Assembly (NCBI GenBank): GCA_964527115.1
Contig: CAZGPK010000001.1
Coordinates: forward strand, 43,729-97,719
DNA length: 53,991 bases
Direction: 5' to 3'
Source: an uncultured Gammaproteobacteria bacterium
GTDB lineage: Bacteria; Patescibacteriota; Microgenomatia; UBA12405; CAZGPK01
Below are positions 1-8,821 of the stretch, piece by piece; position 1 is the first letter of the stretch; each line of letters opens with the position of its first letter. The notes beneath the pieces are model-generated. The model was not told the origin of the DNA, did not search any database, and saw only the letters and a program-made list of their open reading frames with translations. A program made the translations under genes and the position numbers.

Positions 1-133
1 AGGAATGCCAGTCAGCCAAGGGATAGTCTATTCGCCAGGAGCGAAGAGTAAGGGCAAGGGCAAAAATCAGAAAGAGAGGGAGAAGGAAGAGTTTTTTCTT
101 GAAGATAGTGGAAATGGTGGTTGGAGAAGTCAT
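1..133 (-). CDS. N-terminus of ArnT/GT39-like membrane glycosyltransferase (runs off window edge)
   Basis: My translation from ATG at 133: MTSPTTISTIFKKKLFLLPLFLIFALALTLRSWRIDYPLADWHS, i.e. a TM helix then an R..I..P..DWH loop typical of GT-C/GT39 N-termini. It is a different frame from the listed 12..245 ORF. Confidence 0.65.
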   Translation of the reverse strand, partial: MTSPTTISTIFKKKLFLLPLFLIFALALTLRSWRIDYPLADWHS

Positions 134-140
134 TTAATTT

Positions 141-167
141 AATAGGTTTAATAGGTTTAATAGGTTT
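141..167. repeat. 3x tandem 9-bp repeat (AATAGGTTT) across the stop codon of the 157..1596 gene
   Basis: Exact units at 141-149, 150-158, 159-167; on the minus strand this reads ACC TAT TAA three times in frame. Confidence 0.95.
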
Positions 168-1596
168 CTGGTTTTTCAATGAGGGCCAGAAGCAGGGCCA
201 TTGAGATCCAGAAAAAGTAGGCGACTTTGGAGGCTTCAAAGACATCGATTAAGGTGGCGTTTAAGAACATGGTGATGATGAGAAAGGAAAAAGCGACCAA
301 GAGAGGGCGCTGGGGATGTTTTTTGGATATGCTGGCGATGGTTTGGGTGAAGAGGAAGAAAATCGGGAGAACCCAGGCTAAAAATCCCAAAAGGCCAGCC
401 TCGCCTAAGGCGCGCAGGAAATCATTGTCGGTAGCTAGAGTAAGAGAGCCAGGGCCGGTACCCAAAAGTGGGTTTTTCTTTAAGGCGCGCCAAGCGCGGG
501 GCCATTCAACCTCGTAGCGAACAGAGGAGGAGCGGTAGGCCGATTCGGTGATGCTTTCCTGGGGCCAGACAAATTCAGCTGAGGAGGTGGCTTTTTTCTT
601 TTGCGGGGTGGGAGTAGGTTGGCTGGGGCGGGTATTTTGAACAATGGGGGCAATGGTGGGGATTAAGGGGACAAGAGTAGGAAGGGGGGTGGAGGTTGGG
701 GGTTTAGGTTTAAGCCAGGCAATTTGATCCAGTTGGCGAACAAGGTCGTAGTGAAAACTGGCAACTAGGCGTTGGTTTAATTCAGGAGAAATGAACATAG
801 CGATGACATTTAAGGCTAAGAAAGGGAAAAGCCAGAGAAATTTTTTGGCAAAGAGAAGGACGGCTATACCGGCGATAAAGTGGGTAGCAAAAGAGACGCG
901 GGAGGCGGTCAGGATGAGAAGATAGAAGGAGCAGGTCCAAAGGAGGAGAAGGGGTAGTTTAAGGTAAAGCTTTTTAAAGCTTAGGGAGAAGATAAGGAGC
1001 AGGGGGAGAAAGAGACTTAGGAAAGCGGCTAGATCATAATGGCCGGCAAAGGTGGAAGAAACACGGGTAAAAGAGGTGACGGTGAGAAGAATGCCTTTGG
1101 CAAATTCTTCGTTCATGGTGGAGATGATGGGCCAGAAAAAGAATTTCTGGCCAAGGCCGTAGATAGTGATGCCCAAAAGAGCAAGGACTCCTGCCCAGAG
1201 ATAGTCGCGGATGTGGCGGGTGGATTCCAGGCTTTTGCTGATAAGCAGAAAAACAGAGAAATATTGAAAGCGGCGCAAAAGGTGAAGAAGGCCAGTATTA
1301 GCGTTTAAGTCGTGGCCCAGGAAAATACCGTTTAGAGTAGCTAAAGTGTAGGCTCCCAAGAAGAGGGCAACGAGGCGGATAAAGGGTTTTTTGAGAGTGG
1401 AAAATTTTGTTTCCAGTTCAGCCAGGAGAAAGACGAGGAAGCCAAAAAAGACAAGCAGGTCGTCAAGGCGAATGGCAACTTTTTGGCCTGAAAGGAAGAA
1501 AAGGGGGAATTTGGGATAAAGAGGGAGAAAAATGGTGAGAATGATCCCCCAGATAGCCAGGAGGCGGCGGTTAAAGCGAAAAAGCGGCTTGAGCAT
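157..1596 (-). CDS. O-antigen ligase-like (WaaL/Wzy_C) polytopic membrane protein
   Basis: Many TM helices; RVSSTFAGHYDLAAFL, LILTASRVS and R...W..A...P.LG.G motifs typical of O-antigen ligase-like proteins; internal Pro/Thr-rich stretch. Confidence 0.8.
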   Translation of the reverse strand: MLKPLFRFNRRLLAIWGIILTIFLPLYPKFPLFFLSGQKVAIRLDDLLVFFGFLVFLLAELETKFSTLKKPFIRLVALFLGAYTLATLNGIFLGHDLNANTGLLHLLRRFQYFSVFLLISKSLESTRHIRDYLWAGVLALLGITIYGLGQKFFFWPIISTMNEEFAKGILLTVTSFTRVSSTFAGHYDLAAFLSLFLPLLLIFSLSFKKLYLKLPLLLLWTCSFYLLILTASRVSFATHFIAGIAVLLFAKKFLWLFPFLALNVIAMFISPELNQRLVASFHYDLVRQLDQIAWLKPKPPTSTPLPTLVPLIPTIAPIVQNTRPSQPTPTPQKKKATSSAEFVWPQESITESAYRSSSVRYEVEWPRAWRALKKNPLLGTGPGSLTLATDNDFLRALGEAGLLGFLAWVLPIFFLFTQTIASISKKHPQRPLLVAFSFLIITMFLNATLIDVFEASKVAYFFWISMALLLALIEKPETY

Positions 1597-2623
1597 AGAT
1601 TTTGGCTAATTTTAAATTTCTTTTGAAAAGAGTATTAAAGATTGTTTGGGTTAGAGCATTGATAACAAAAAGTATTTTAACTAATTTTTGGGTAAGAGGG
1701 GGGTAGTAGAGGTGAAAGAAGTGGAAGAGGCCCTGGTATCTTTTGATGATTTGTTCTTTTTGGTTGGGGAAGCTTTGACCACCAAGATGAATTATTTGGG
1801 GATCAGCGAGAAACCAAATGCCAAAGCCTTTTTGAGCAATGCGGTAGCACCATTCAAGCTCTTCAGCATACATGAAAAAAGATTCGTTAAAGCCGTCGGT
1901 TTCTTCCCAGACAGGACGGCGAAGAAGCATAAAGGCGCCGGTGACCCAGTCTTGAGGGTGGCTTTGGAGATAGAATTTTTCTTTAAGGTAAAAGTGGGGG
2001 GGGTGGGGGTGAAGAGGAGGGACAAGGTGGTTTACTCCAGGTAGGTCGTCTAGGCGCAGAGCCCAAGTAAAAGTGTTTAGAAGAGTGGGGAAATGACCTC
2101 CGGTGGGTTGGACAGTTTTGTCTTTGTTTAAAAGTTTAACAGTGCAGAGGCCGACCTCGGGGTGGGTGGAAAGCCAGCGTAGGGCTTGGCTGACGGAGGA
2201 GTTTAAGATTAGGGTGTCGGAGTTTAAAAGAAGAAAGTATTGGCCACGGGCTTGTTTCATGGCTTGGTTGTTGGCGCGGGCAAAACCTTGGTTTTTTTGG
2301 TTGGCGATGAGTCTTAGGGCGATGGGGTGGGATTTTTGAAACTCTTTTATCTTTTTTAATGAGGCGTCAGTGGAGGCGTTGTCAACGATAATGATTTCGG
2401 TGGGGATTTGGTCATTGGGGTTGGAGAGTTTGGAGGTGGGGAAACTAAAGTCTAGACCTTGGTCTTTTAAGAGTGAATCGAGGCAGTTTACGGTAAGATC
2501 AGCTGTGTTGTAAGAGATGATGATGACGGAGAGAGTAGGGGGGAGAGTAGGAGGAGTAGAAAGAGTAGGAGGAGTAGAGAGAGTGCTGGAGGGGGATGGT
2601 TTTTGGAGAGGAAGCTTTTTCAT
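1571..2623 (-). CDS. GT2 glycosyltransferase (WbbL/rhamnosyltransferase-like)
   Basis: SVIIISYN, IIVDNASTD, N.GFARANN, LLLNSDT, GAFMLLRR, FFMYAEELEWC motifs. Confidence 0.9.
   Translation of the reverse strand: MKKLPLQKPSPSSTLSTPPTLSTPPTLPPTLSVIIISYNTADLTVNCLDSLLKDQGLDFSFPTSKLSNPNDQIPTEIIIVDNASTDASLKKIKEFQKSHPIALRLIANQKNQGFARANNQAMKQARGQYFLLLNSDTLILNSSVSQALRWLSTHPEVGLCTVKLLNKDKTVQPTGGHFPTLLNTFTWALRLDDLPGVNHLVPPLHPHPPHFYLKEKFYLQSHPQDWVTGAFMLLRRPVWEETDGFNESFFMYAEELEWCYRIAQKGFGIWFLADPQIIHLGGQSFPNQKEQIIKRYQGLFHFFHLYYPPLTQKLVKILFVINALTQTIFNTLFKRNLKLAKIYAQAAFSL
2531..2585. repeat. In-frame 18-bp tandem repeat encoding (TLSTPP)n at the GT2 N-terminus
   Basis: AGAGTAGGAGGAGTAGA at 2544-2560 and 2562-2578, plus degenerate flanking copies. 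Confidence 0.9.
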
Positions 2624-2686
2624 TTTTTGATTTTTTCTTTTTTTATTTTATTTCTTCTTTATCTTATTTTTTCTTTTTTTATCTTA

Positions 2687-3277
2687 TTATTTCTTCTTTA
2701 TTTTCAAAAAGAAGCTTTTAGTGGTTTCGAAGTAGGCCTTTAGAGTAAGAAGGAGAAGATAAAAGGCAGCCCAAAAAAGGGTAAGGCGGATTAGGGCGGG
2801 GTTGTCGAGGCGCATGAGGCTTATCTTGTTAGCCCAGGGTTTGCCTTCGACTTCGGGACGGTTTTTGATGCGTTTTTCAGGAGGGGTAAAAGGATCCTGA
2901 TCCCATTCAAAGCCATTTATAAAAAGGGACTCGCGGAAGGGGTGAATAACTTCTTCAAGGTAATAGCTTTGTTTAGTTTCTACAAAGACCTCACGGGCTT
3001 TTTCAGGGGGATGGTTTAGGCGGTAAGAGAAGAGAGGGAGGTTTTTAAGACTAGAGTAAGAGTAGGCGTCTTGGTAGAAATTTAAGATTTCTTGGCGGTT
3101 GATGTTGTCGGTGTAAAGCGCAGTGGCGCCTTTTAGCTGAATTGTGTCGCCGGGCTCAATTGATTGGATAGAGTTAGGGAGAGGAGGGAGAGCGGAGGGA
3201 GGGGGAAGAAGGAGGTAAACGGAAACAGGTAGAGCAAAGAACAAAAAGAAAGCAGAAAGGAGGATTTTTTTGATCAC
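2687..3277 (-). CDS. Hypothetical protein with N- and C-terminal TM helices flanking an extracytoplasmic domain
   Basis: 196-aa ORF, 4-nt overlap with the upstream acyltransferase, hydrophobic ends, no recognisable catalytic motif. Confidence 0.75.
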   Translation of the reverse strand: MIKKILLSAFFLFFALPVSVYLLLPPPSALPPLPNSIQSIEPGDTIQLKGATALYTDNINRQEILNFYQDAYSYSSLKNLPLFSYRLNHPPEKAREVFVETKQSYYLEEVIHPFRESLFINGFEWDQDPFTPPEKRIKNRPEVEGKPWANKISLMRLDNPALIRLTLFWAAFYLLLLTLKAYFETTKSFFLKIKKK

Positions 3278-3867
3278 TGGAAGAGCATGGGGCGGCCTAA
3301 ACGATAGGTGGGATCTTTAAGTTGCCTCTCCCCTATTTTACGAGCAGGAATGCCGCCAACAATGGTGAAGTCGGGCACAGAGCGGGTGACGACAGCGCCG
3401 GCAGCAACAATGGCACCGCGGCCGATTTTGACACCGGGGAGAATAATGGCACGGGGGCCGATGAAACTATATTCGCCGATTTCTACCGATTCAAGGTGGG
3501 GGCGGAAATGGGGGTCATTGATGTCATGTTCGGCATTGTAAATAAGTACTTCAGAGGCAATGTCGGCATGGTCCCCTATTTTTAAAGGGGCACGACCGTC
3601 AAGAAAGCAGTGATCGCCAATAATTACTCCTTGGCCGATTCTCACACCAGAAGGTTTGAAGAAATTGGCGCCCATGTGGATGGTGGAGCCGCGACCGATT
3701 TTTATTCCGGCTAGACGATAGATAAAACGGCGGAAAAGGTGGGAGGGAACGTAACCAGTTAGGCGAAGAAGAAAGCTAGTGAATTCAGTGTAGATGGTAA
3801 AGATTCGGAAAAAGGTTTTTCTTAAAACCTGTTCGGGGGTAAGACTTTTACCGGTGCGGTCTTTCAT
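3274..3867 (-). CDS. Hexapeptide-repeat (left-handed beta-helix) sugar O-acyltransferase
   Basis: IKIGRGSTI, VRIGQGVII, LKIGDHADI, VEIGEYSFIG, VKIGRGAIVAAGAVVT..V.....V.G.PAR hexapeptide repeats. Confidence 0.9.
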   Translation of the reverse strand: MKDRTGKSLTPEQVLRKTFFRIFTIYTEFTSFLLRLTGYVPSHLFRRFIYRLAGIKIGRGSTIHMGANFFKPSGVRIGQGVIIGDHCFLDGRAPLKIGDHADIASEVLIYNAEHDINDPHFRPHLESVEIGEYSFIGPRAIILPGVKIGRGAIVAAGAVVTRSVPDFTIVGGIPARKIGERQLKDPTYRLGRPMLFQ

Positions 3868-3877
3868 AGATTGTATT

Positions 3878-5035
3878 TTAGCTTTTTTGAGCGGTTTGTT
3901 CCAGGGAGGAGAGAATGGTTTTGGCAGTTTTGCCCCAGGAAAACTTTTTTGTTTGTATTTGTCCAGCCTTGATAAGAGTCTTTCTTAGAGTCTGATCTTG
4001 GGCTTGATCTGCAAAGATTTTGCTAAGAGCTTGGGTAAGACTTTTTTGGTTTTTAGGGTCAATTAGGAGGGCAGCTTTGCCGACTACTTCAGGGAGGGAG
4101 CTAGAAGAGGCGGCAATAACAGGGCAGTTGACTGCCATGGCTTCTAGGGCGGGGATGCCGAAACCTTCGTAAAGGCTCGGGATACAGAAAGCTAAGGCGC
4201 CTTGGTAGAGGGGCCAGCGGTCTTCGTCGGGGATGTAGCCGGTAAAGATTACATTTTTGGTAAGACCTAGTTTTTGGACAGCTTGAAAGATGTCTTGGTA
4301 AAGCCAGCCTTTTTTACCAGCAATAACTAAAGTGGGGAGCTTGGTTTTGGTTTTTTGTTTGGACTTTTGTTTAGTTTCCTGGTTTTTGAGGAATTGGTGG
4401 TAGGCACTTATGAGAAAGCTAATATTTTTGTTGGGTTTCAAGGTGCCCAAGTAGAGAAAGTAGGGGGAGGAGAGGTGGTATTTTTGGAGAAATTTAGGGG
4501 AGAGGGATAGGTTTTTGGGAGGAGTGGGGGCAGCTAGATGGGCAACGGTAATTTTTGAGGGGGAAAGGCGATAGTGGTCAACGATTTCTTTTTTGGTGAA
4601 GTGAGAGATGGTAATGACGTGGGCGGCTTTTTTTAGAGAGTAGGCGGTCCAAGAGGAAAGTTGCCAGGCATCTTTTTTGGCAAGAGAGTCGGGGAAGTGG
4701 ATGTATTGGAGGTCCATGATAGAGCAGACGGTAGGAATGGGAGAAAAGCGGGGGGAATAGTGGGTTAAGCTTAGGAAAAGATCAGGTCTCCCCTGCCCTA
4801 GGAAGAGGTCAAGGGGGAGTCGCCATTGGGTCCAGAATTTTGTAGGTCCAAAAACACGGTATTTCCAAGCAGGACGGGGTTTGGGTAAGTCTGGGAGAGG
4901 CGGAGAAGAGAGGTAAACCGTGTAAGAGTTTTTTTGGTCGATTTTTTCAAGGTGTTTTAGAACCTCAAGGGCGAATTGGCCGACACCGACACGGTTTTTA
5001 ATATTGGCTTCGTTGCCATCAATGCCAAAGTGCAT
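3878..5035 (-). CDS. GT4 glycosyltransferase
   Basis: GVGQFA N-terminal motif, LYLGTLKPNKN, PSLYEGFGIPALEAMA (EX7E). Confidence 0.93.
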   Translation of the reverse strand: MHFGIDGNEANIKNRVGVGQFALEVLKHLEKIDQKNSYTVYLSSPPLPDLPKPRPAWKYRVFGPTKFWTQWRLPLDLFLGQGRPDLFLSLTHYSPRFSPIPTVCSIMDLQYIHFPDSLAKKDAWQLSSWTAYSLKKAAHVITISHFTKKEIVDHYRLSPSKITVAHLAAPTPPKNLSLSPKFLQKYHLSSPYFLYLGTLKPNKNISFLISAYHQFLKNQETKQKSKQKTKTKLPTLVIAGKKGWLYQDIFQAVQKLGLTKNVIFTGYIPDEDRWPLYQGALAFCIPSLYEGFGIPALEAMAVNCPVIAASSSSLPEVVGKAALLIDPKNQKSLTQALSKIFADQAQDQTLRKTLIKAGQIQTKKFSWGKTAKTILSSLEQTAQKS

Positions 5036-5045
5036 AGTAATGGTA

Positions 5046-5864
5046 TTAGTTTACAGTATTTTTTTGGGCAATGGCCCAAATATCAGTGTGGAAGAAGCGG
5101 TTGAAATACGGGAGCCATAGGGGTTGGCAGAGGCGGTAGTGGATTTTGTCACGCAGGCGAATCATTTGGTAAGAGCTATCAAGCCAGACTTTGGCTTTAA
5201 AATGGTGTTTGTTGAGGTGGGTTTTAAGTGTGTTTGGAGTTTGTTCATTTATGTGGACTAAGTGGTCGCTGGGGCTTTTAAGACAGGGACGGGTGATTCT
5301 TTTTTCTTTGAAGATTAGTTTCCAGATGGGGTTGCTGGCTAGGTTTAGGAAGCGGGTGAAGTAGGGATAGCCGTAGAGTAGGAAGAGGCGGTTGGGGGCA
5401 GTGTGGATAATTAGCTGTCCGTTGGGTTTTAACCAAAGGTGGAAGCGGGAAAGGAGCTTATCCAGTTCTTGGTTGGTCAGGTGTTCAAAGACGTCCAAGA
5501 AAAAGATGGCGTCAAGGCTTTGGTGAGGAAGAGTTAGAGTTTTAGCAGAGGCATTTATGATTTTTATGTTTTTTTGAAGAGAGGAGGGGAGGGTGGCAAT
5601 GGTTTCACGAGTTAGTTTTAAAGCTTCAGGGGAATAGTCGACGGCAATGAGTTTGGCTTTCTTTTTGAGGAGAAAAGCGCTTAGCTCTCCCCTGCCACAG
5701 CCAAAATCAAGGATGGTTTTTCCGGCGGGATGGGAGAGGAGAGAGGCGGCGTGGGAAAGGCGAGGAGAGAGTTTTTGCTTTTCAAATTTTTGAAAATGAT
5801 CCCAGCCTTCACAGTCGGTCAGAAAATATTTTTTAGTGTAGGCCGTGGGAGGAACGGCTTTCAT
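5046..5864 (-). CDS. Class I SAM-dependent methyltransferase
   Basis: ILDFGCGRGE motif I, AVDYS, DVFEHL, LKPNG.LII. Confidence 0.9.
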   Translation of the reverse strand: MKAVPPTAYTKKYFLTDCEGWDHFQKFEKQKLSPRLSHAASLLSHPAGKTILDFGCGRGELSAFLLKKKAKLIAVDYSPEALKLTRETIATLPSSLQKNIKIINASAKTLTLPHQSLDAIFFLDVFEHLTNQELDKLLSRFHLWLKPNGQLIIHTAPNRLFLLYGYPYFTRFLNLASNPIWKLIFKEKRITRPCLKSPSDHLVHINEQTPNTLKTHLNKHHFKAKVWLDSSYQMIRLRDKIHYRLCQPLWLPYFNRFFHTDIWAIAQKNTVN

Positions 5865-6988
5865 GGAAGGGAGCGAGAATAGAGATTTAAGGTTTCTTGG
5901 GCTGCTTTTTTCCAGCTAAATTTCTTTATTTGCCTTCGGCCTTTTTGGATAAGTTTTTTTCGCAAGGCCGGATCTTGGATTTTTATGAGGGCAGTGTGGA
6001 GGCTTTCGGTTTGGTGGGGGTCAATTAAGAGAGCTGCTTTTCCGACGACTTCGGGGAGAGGACCGGTGAAGCTTGAGATAACAGGGCAGTCAAAAGTCAT
6101 GGCTTCTAGGGGGGGGAGGCCAAAGCCTTCGTAGAGGCTGGGGAAGATAAAAGCCAGAGCGCCGGCATAGAGAGGAGCTAGTTTTTCGTTTTCTACAAAG
6201 CCTAAAAGTTTCACTTTTTCAGGAAGGAGGCCGAGATTAAGGTCTTCTCCCCAGCCGTAGCGGCCAACGATGACAAGATCCGGCTGGGTTTGGGGGTTAG
6301 TCTTTAGAAGGCGGGCATAGGCTTTTATAAGGGTGGATAGATTTTTTCGAGGTTCGCGGGTGCCAACCGTTAAAAAGTAGGGATTTTTAAGGTTGTAGTG
6401 CTGGCGGGTTTCATTGATCTTTTTTTGTTTTTGGGAGGCAGAAAGAGAGGACCAGAAGTTAAAGTTCTGGGTGGCGGCTTCGAGAATGACGGATATTTTA
6501 TTGGCGGAGGCGTACTTTAGGCGGATGAGGTCTTTTTTGGTGTTTTGGGAGACGGCGATAATGGCAGAGTAGTTTTTAAGGTTTTTAAGAAGAGATTGGT
6601 AGCGCTTTATTGTTTTTGGGTGGCAGGTTTCTGGATAAAGAATGGGGGCTAAATCGTGAATGGTGACTATTTTTTTGGCCTTGGTACGGGCGGGGATGGA
6701 CTCCCAGACATGGAAAAGGTCAAGGGGCCCAATGAAAAATTCAATGGGAACAAGTTTCCAGATAATAGATTCAAAAAGTGAGGGTGGGAAAGGTAAGCGG
6801 TAAAGGTGGACGTTTGGTTTTTGAGAAAGTTTGGTAAAGACAGGAGGAAGCTGGCCGCGAAGGCTGGAGAAGAAAAGTTTATAGGTGTTTTTAGAGTCCT
6901 GGTTAATTAAGTTTTCAACTAGGTTTTGGGTGTAGACAGAAACGCCAGTACCGTAGATAACAGGGGTGATGTCAATGCCGATGATCAC
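5861..6988 (-). CDS. GT4 glycosyltransferase
   Basis: GTGVSVYT, VGTREPRKN, FPSLYEGFGLPPLEAM. Confidence 0.93.
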   Translation of the reverse strand: MIIGIDITPVIYGTGVSVYTQNLVENLINQDSKNTYKLFFSSLRGQLPPVFTKLSQKPNVHLYRLPFPPSLFESIIWKLVPIEFFIGPLDLFHVWESIPARTKAKKIVTIHDLAPILYPETCHPKTIKRYQSLLKNLKNYSAIIAVSQNTKKDLIRLKYASANKISVILEAATQNFNFWSSLSASQKQKKINETRQHYNLKNPYFLTVGTREPRKNLSTLIKAYARLLKTNPQTQPDLVIVGRYGWGEDLNLGLLPEKVKLLGFVENEKLAPLYAGALAFIFPSLYEGFGLPPLEAMTFDCPVISSFTGPLPEVVGKAALLIDPHQTESLHTALIKIQDPALRKKLIQKGRRQIKKFSWKKAAQETLNLYSRSLP

Positions 6989-7052
6989 AGTTATTAGCTT
7001 ACAGGTTTTGCTTTCTCGGTTCCAGTTTATTTTTTGGTGGAATTTGGTTATT

Positions 7053-7412
7053 TTAAAGTAGGGAGATTGGTTGGAGAGACATTTCTTCCTGGGGATCTCT
7101 GATTAAGAGGCCGGGGCTAACTTTAAATTGTTCCCCATTTTTTATAGTTTCTTCAAAAAAAGTATTATCAGTTATTTGAGGCCTTAAGGAACATGGAATA
7201 TCAGCTAAAGCAAGGCAAATGACTTTGTAGATTTGTGGATCAATTCCGGTAACAACGGCGAGTAGGTCCTTTGTTGGAAAGGCCCATAGCTCTCTGGTTG
7301 GCAGTCTAATTGCTGTGCTTGGTCTTACCAGGACCTTATCCCCTATTTCAATTTTACTTATCGGTATGCCTCTTCTCTCTTGTGTTGTTTGGCCTAATTC
7401 TTCTTTTCCCAT
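7053..7412 (-). CDS. Hypothetical 119-aa protein (no family recognised)
   Basis: Fills the gap between two co-oriented genes and overlaps the upstream stop by 19 nt; has a KOW/SH3-like IEIGDKVLV stretch. Confidence 0.55.
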   Translation of the reverse strand: MGKEELGQTTQERRGIPISKIEIGDKVLVRPSTAIRLPTRELWAFPTKDLLAVVTGIDPQIYKVICLALADIPCSLRPQITDNTFFEETIKNGEQFKVSPGLLIRDPQEEMSLQPISLL

Positions 7413-8821
7413 TTTTCAATCCCTACTTTGTTAAAACTGTCTCCTTGGGTAAGTTGGTAGTCATTGGTTTTTAGAGTTGACCTTATTTGGTCTTGAGGGT
7501 CAAAGATCTCTAACCCATAAGATACTATATATATAGTATCAGTGAGGGCTGGGTTTGACAAGAGGTCTGTTGTTGGTTTGACTTTTTGGGGAAGGTACCA
7601 TTCGGTGGGGCTTCTTAGCTTTTCGTTTATATATACGGGAGTGTTGCTTGGTAGTTGGTTGACGAATTTGCTTAATTCTTTCCAGTTTTCGCGGTGAAAG
7701 GTGGGGTTTAGAAGGTAAATTAGGGAAAAGGTAAGGTTTAGGGTAACAAGAAGGGTGGCGATTAGTTTTTTCTTTGTGAGGGATAAAGGCAGGTTTTGAA
7801 CACCGGTGGCAGTTAAAAGATAGAAGAAAGGGAGGACAAAGAGGAGGCGGAAGTAGTCAAAGACGGGAATTTTTAGGGAAATGAGGAGGGCAAGCATAAT
7901 GGGAGCAAAGAGAAGAAAGGCGGCTGGGGTGTTATTTGAGGCGTTATTGGATAGTTTAAGGTTGTAGTTGTTGTTGTTTGATTTGATGCTGCCCCAGAGA
8001 GCCAGACCCCAGAAGAGAAGGGAGCTAAAAAGGGCGCTTAGGGCGTAAAACCAACGGGGGGTGAGGCTAATCCGGCCCAAGGGGAATTTGACAATAAGAA
8101 GGGCAATGTTTTTTAGAGAAAGGCCACCAATAAGGGAAATCCAGTGAGGATAGATCTGGGCGGCAGTTTGGGAGGATTTTAGCTGAAGAGAAATGAGGGG
8201 AAGGTAGAGAAGGAGACTTAAGAAAATGGGGAGGAAAGTAGGAAGGAGTAATTTTTTGAGTTTGGTGTTTTTAAAAAAGAGGAAGAGGAAGAGGGGGAGG
8301 GTAAGGAGGGTGAGGTAGTGGGTGAAGAAGGCGGCCAAGAGAGAGAGGGTAAAGAGAGGAATAATTATTTTCTTTTTTTCTTTTTGTAGATTTTGTAGAT
8401 TAAGTTTTTGGAAGAGGAAGAAGGCAAGAAGGATAAGGAAGGAGGCAGTAGTGTAGGCTCTGGCTTCCTGAGAGTAGTAGATAGATAGAGGGCCGGTGGC
8501 CAAAAGAAGAGCAGGAAGAGTTTTTTTACCGGAAATTAGAAAGAGAAGGTAAACAGAGGCTGTTCCTAGAATGAGGGAAGGAAGACGGAGGGTAATCTCG
8601 GTTAGGGGGAGAAATTTAGTAAGGCCAATAGTGAGAGCGTAGAAAAGAGGTGGATTAAAGTCGGTTTTGAAAAAGGCAGGCCAGTAGGCATGCCAGCCTT
8701 TTTGGGAGACGAGAGCTTGGATAGTTTCGTCAAGCCAAAATGATTGATTTAAGTGGGGGAGGCGAATGAGAAGAGCAAGAAGAAGAATGAGGAAAATGGG
8801 GGTTTTGAAAAAATTCTTCAT
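7394..8821 (-). CDS. ArnT/GT39 (PMT_2-like) GT-C membrane glycosyltransferase
   Basis: LRL..L.QSFWLDE, DFNPPLFY, LRLPSL, IYYSQEARAY motifs; about 12 TM segments. Confidence 0.85.
   Translation of the reverse strand: MKNFFKTPIFLILLLALLIRLPHLNQSFWLDETIQALVSQKGWHAYWPAFFKTDFNPPLFYALTIGLTKFLPLTEITLRLPSLILGTASVYLLFLISGKKTLPALLLATGPLSIYYSQEARAYTTASFLILLAFFLFQKLNLQNLQKEKKKIIIPLFTLSLLAAFFTHYLTLLTLPLFLFLFFKNTKLKKLLLPTFLPIFLSLLLYLPLISLQLKSSQTAAQIYPHWISLIGGLSLKNIALLIVKFPLGRISLTPRWFYALSALFSSLLFWGLALWGSIKSNNNNYNLKLSNNASNNTPAAFLLFAPIMLALLISLKIPVFDYFRLLFVLPFFYLLTATGVQNLPLSLTKKKLIATLLVTLNLTFSLIYLLNPTFHRENWKELSKFVNQLPSNTPVYINEKLRSPTEWYLPQKVKPTTDLLSNPALTDTIYIVSYGLEIFDPQDQIRSTLKTNDYQLTQGDSFNKVGIEKWEKKN

Noticed and set aside
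12-245. Listed 77-aa ORF with a PIKPIKPIK repeat
   Set aside because: Alternative-frame reading of the 9-bp repeat; the credible gene starts at ATG 133 in another frame.
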